64,000 bases of DNA from Bilabrum cf. latius (taxonomy: Eukaryota). Below the pieces are notes generated by a model. It was not told where the DNA came from. It saw only the letters and a program-made list of their open reading frames with translations, and made no database searches. Below are positions 61,201-64,000 of the stretch, piece by piece (position 1 is the first letter of the stretch; the number at the start of each line of letters is the position of its first letter). The stretch is taken from the NCBI GenBank assembly GCA_965178125.1, contig OZ237765.1, positions 1 through 64,000 of the forward strand. The letters are read 5' to 3'. Both the position numbers and the translations under genes were made by a program.

Positions 61201-63461
61201 TCCAGACGCAGACCGCCTCACCAGACCGGGAGCACCGCCCGTGCTGTCCTGCTAGTCCTATTTATTCCTCTCGCCGTCTCGCTGGGTGCGCTTCGCACCA
61301 TCCCTCCCTCCCTGGCCCCGTTGCTGGCTCTCGTCGGCATCCCGAGGATCGTACTGCCACACACTCGTCATCTCGTGGCTCCCGCTCCTGGACAGGTCAC
61401 GAGACCCACGCTGCTCCTGTCCGGACTTACCCTCTACCGATCCAAACTGTTCCCCAGAGGCCCCCAACTGTTGTTCCCTGGGCGCGCCCTCATCTGCCAC
61501 CGCCCTCAGCTCGTGCACCATCCCCAATCCACCAGTGGTGGGGACCTTCTCCGCCTCCACGCTGCCCTCGGTGGGGACTGCATCGCCCCTGGAAGCGTGC
61601 AGGTCGAGGACATCCCCGCCACTGGCAGTGGCACTGGCACTGGCACTAGCACTGGCTGCTTCCGTCTAGCTCTCACCCTCGCGGTCCGGCTGGGAGTTTC
61701 CGTCGACGGCCGGCAGCGGGGTGGCTGTCTCAGCAGTGCTCAGCTCCCGCACCGTCCGGAGGGAGGACTTTCGCGCGAGCTGCTGCTGGTCCTGCTGGTC
61801 CTGCCCCTGCACATGCATGCCAGGTGACAGGCTGCCTTGGGAGTGGGTGCGGGCCATGCCGGGCAAGTTGATGGACAGAGATGGAGGGGCAGGGGCAGGG
61901 GCAGGCGTCAGATCCCCGCCAATGGGCGGCAATGGTAGCGTAGCCGTGGCCGCCTGCGTGGGGTGCAGGTGTGATGGGGGTGCCTATCGGGGGTGACCCT
62001 CCTGGGGTACCAGCGGCTGCGCTGCAGTGTGATGCACTTTCCCACTGGACTGCACAATATCGACTACCCGCGAGTGCGAGGCACGTCCATGGTGCGACAT
62101 GGATTTTGATTCATTGCCACCACTGGCAGTGGCGGAGGCATCGGCGGATTTTATTGGCCTCTATTTCTTGCCCTTCCGCACGATTCTGCTGGTATTGCCC
62201 CGTGCATCCACAGCCGTGGTGCCTGGGTTTACGCTCAGCCTCTCCCAAAACGAGGCGGGCAGGCTCTCCGCGGACAGCTGCGACTCGAATCGCCAGTAGG
62301 TTGGCAGCGCCGGGCTCATGATCCGGAAGGCGTCCAGGCGAGCGGCCATGGAAGGGAAGACAACCTCTAGTCCGGTGCTGCTCGATGGATAATTGCGGGC
62401 TAGAGACCGCTCCATCTCGAGGTACAGCAGTTCGATAGGGAGACCGATCCAGCCGCTGAGCATTAACTTATTGGTGATTTCCTCCGCCGTCAGCGTGTCG
62501 GTATTCAACTGCGCATACTCTGCACGAGTGTAATATGCATACTTTATGGCCACTGTGGCCGGACGACTGCGACAAAGGTTATTGGGCAAACGAAAGGCAG
62601 AGGAAAATGCACCGAGCAAGTGATCAGCCTGTGCATTTCCCGGCATTCGACTACTGATACCGCTTTGCTGAGAGCTAATGCATGTGGCTTACAGAGCAAA
62701 AAGTCTGCGAACAATAGAGCGACGAGGCAGGCGTGCTGGTGGGGCTGTCATTGATGGAGGCTCGTAGGCTCGAATATGATGTGCCGCCACGTCTCCAAAT
62801 GGCATGCTTTCATCGAGCTCACACATGAAACGCGACGTACTCTACCGTGTACAACGACTCATAGCCCTTTTCTGTGTAGTAAGGCGCTACGATCATGATC
62901 ATCCACATTGTCTGGAGCAGTAGCTAGAAGATGAACGGCCCTGGGCTCAAGCAGCTCGAACAATCTGGAAGAAACGAACGGTTGTAGAGACCGTGGATTC
63001 CATGATACCACCATATGACTGGGGTAGTGAGTACGGCGAAATAATTATACATGAACTCGGGCAGGAACTGGTCCCAGTGAAACTCGACCTGCGATAGGAT
63101 AGGCACTTCCGCTAGCTCGACTGTGACACCCACTAAGCCCGCAAGACTTATTCGGGTACGAATGGTGGAAATGTATATGCATTACATCGAAAACATTCAT
63201 TAAGCATCTCACCCTCGCATCGTCGCGACGAAGAAGCAGCTCAACAGCCTCAGCCGTTCGGAGTGTCTGTGCGATTATGGGTATGCTCGGCGTCTGCACC
63301 GGTTCTTCCTTATCCACTGGATTCTGCCAAAAACTAGAGGACTTAGATTCAAGTCTACTTCGCATGGTGAGACCCCTTGTGTACCCAATGAACATCCGCG
63401 ATTGCTTTTCGTTTCGCGGTCGCAACCGCATTACATTATTTGGTCGCATCACTGATGGCAT
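58246..63461 (-). CDS. Large multi-pass membrane protein, PHTF-like (more than 10 in-frame TAG)
   Basis: Track ORFs from 62646 down to 58246 form one frame interrupted only by TAG and end at TGA. TM clusters plus DYHRRYQAARML, QNLLLWWHVR..G and PVRVMGL recall PHTF-family motifs. 5' exons (62820-63461) are approximate. Confidence 0.55.
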
Positions 63462-64000
63462 GGGATGATCCTTGACTGGCCAAGCGCACTCGCACCCCGT
63501 CCAGTAAACACAACATTACCCAACCAAAAACTTTCCGCCCGGCCCGCTCGCCCACGCCAGGCTCGCATCCGTCTCCACGAGCCACCCGCCCTCCGAGTCG
63601 CCGACCTCTTCCCGCTGCACTGCCTCGCCCGAGGCGACTGCCCGCCGCAGGCGCACGTCCCTGGGCCGCTGCCACCTCCCTGTCTCCTCCTGCAGGTGCA
63701 CAGGGCCCTCCCCCTTCCCGGGCCCACCCCCAAGCACTCCCGCCCCCTGTGGCCTGCTCGACTGCCCCATGGCCCCCCTCCACAGGGGACTCTCAGGTGG
63801 TACACCCAGCACCCCCACCCCCACCTCCGCCCCCACTTCGGGGTCACCTCCGAACTCCACCTGGCCCCTCTTCCTCCTCCCCCCGCTACCCCCTTTGAAC
63901 CCCTTTCCCCCTCTCCTTGCCCCAGCCTACCCCCCCAGCGGCGCCATCTCACCCGTGAAAGCCGCTTGCCACCAGGGGAACAAATGCTTCTCCATGTCTT

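Noticed and set aside
5368-63461. Interpreting the TAG-interrupted genes as pseudogenes
   Set aside because: The interruptions are exclusively TAG, never TAA, TGA or frameshifts, and catalytic and family motifs are intact in many unrelated housekeeping genes.
63520-64000. C-rich stretch at the window end
   Set aside because: No supportable gene model or repeat unit; it is truncated by the window edge.

Overview
Left end of a chromosome from a gene-dense, GC-rich, intron-containing microbial eukaryote. It begins with about 237 perfect (CCCTAA) telomere repeats, then a 53-bp subtelomeric repeat. About 20 tightly packed protein-coding genes follow, with one 8.6-kb gene-free block holding two oppositely oriented 173-174-bp satellite arrays (candidate centromere). 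The main result is a non-standard nuclear genetic code. TAG occurs in frame dozens of times inside otherwise intact, recognisable genes (FANCM, AMPK-gamma-like CBS protein, ATP synthase epsilon, GH79, GH3, serine carboxypeptidase, Zn2Cys6 factor, ankyrin proteins). It falls where the families have Gln (FANCM 'TPQ' and 'FIGQ') and inside poly-Gln runs. Every reconstructed gene ends in TAA or TGA, so UAG appears to be read as Gln while UAA remains a stop. The supplied standard-code ORF track therefore fragments most genes; the models below were rebuilt by hand with TAG=Gln and GT-AG introns. Family assignments come from motif recognition by eye, not database searches.
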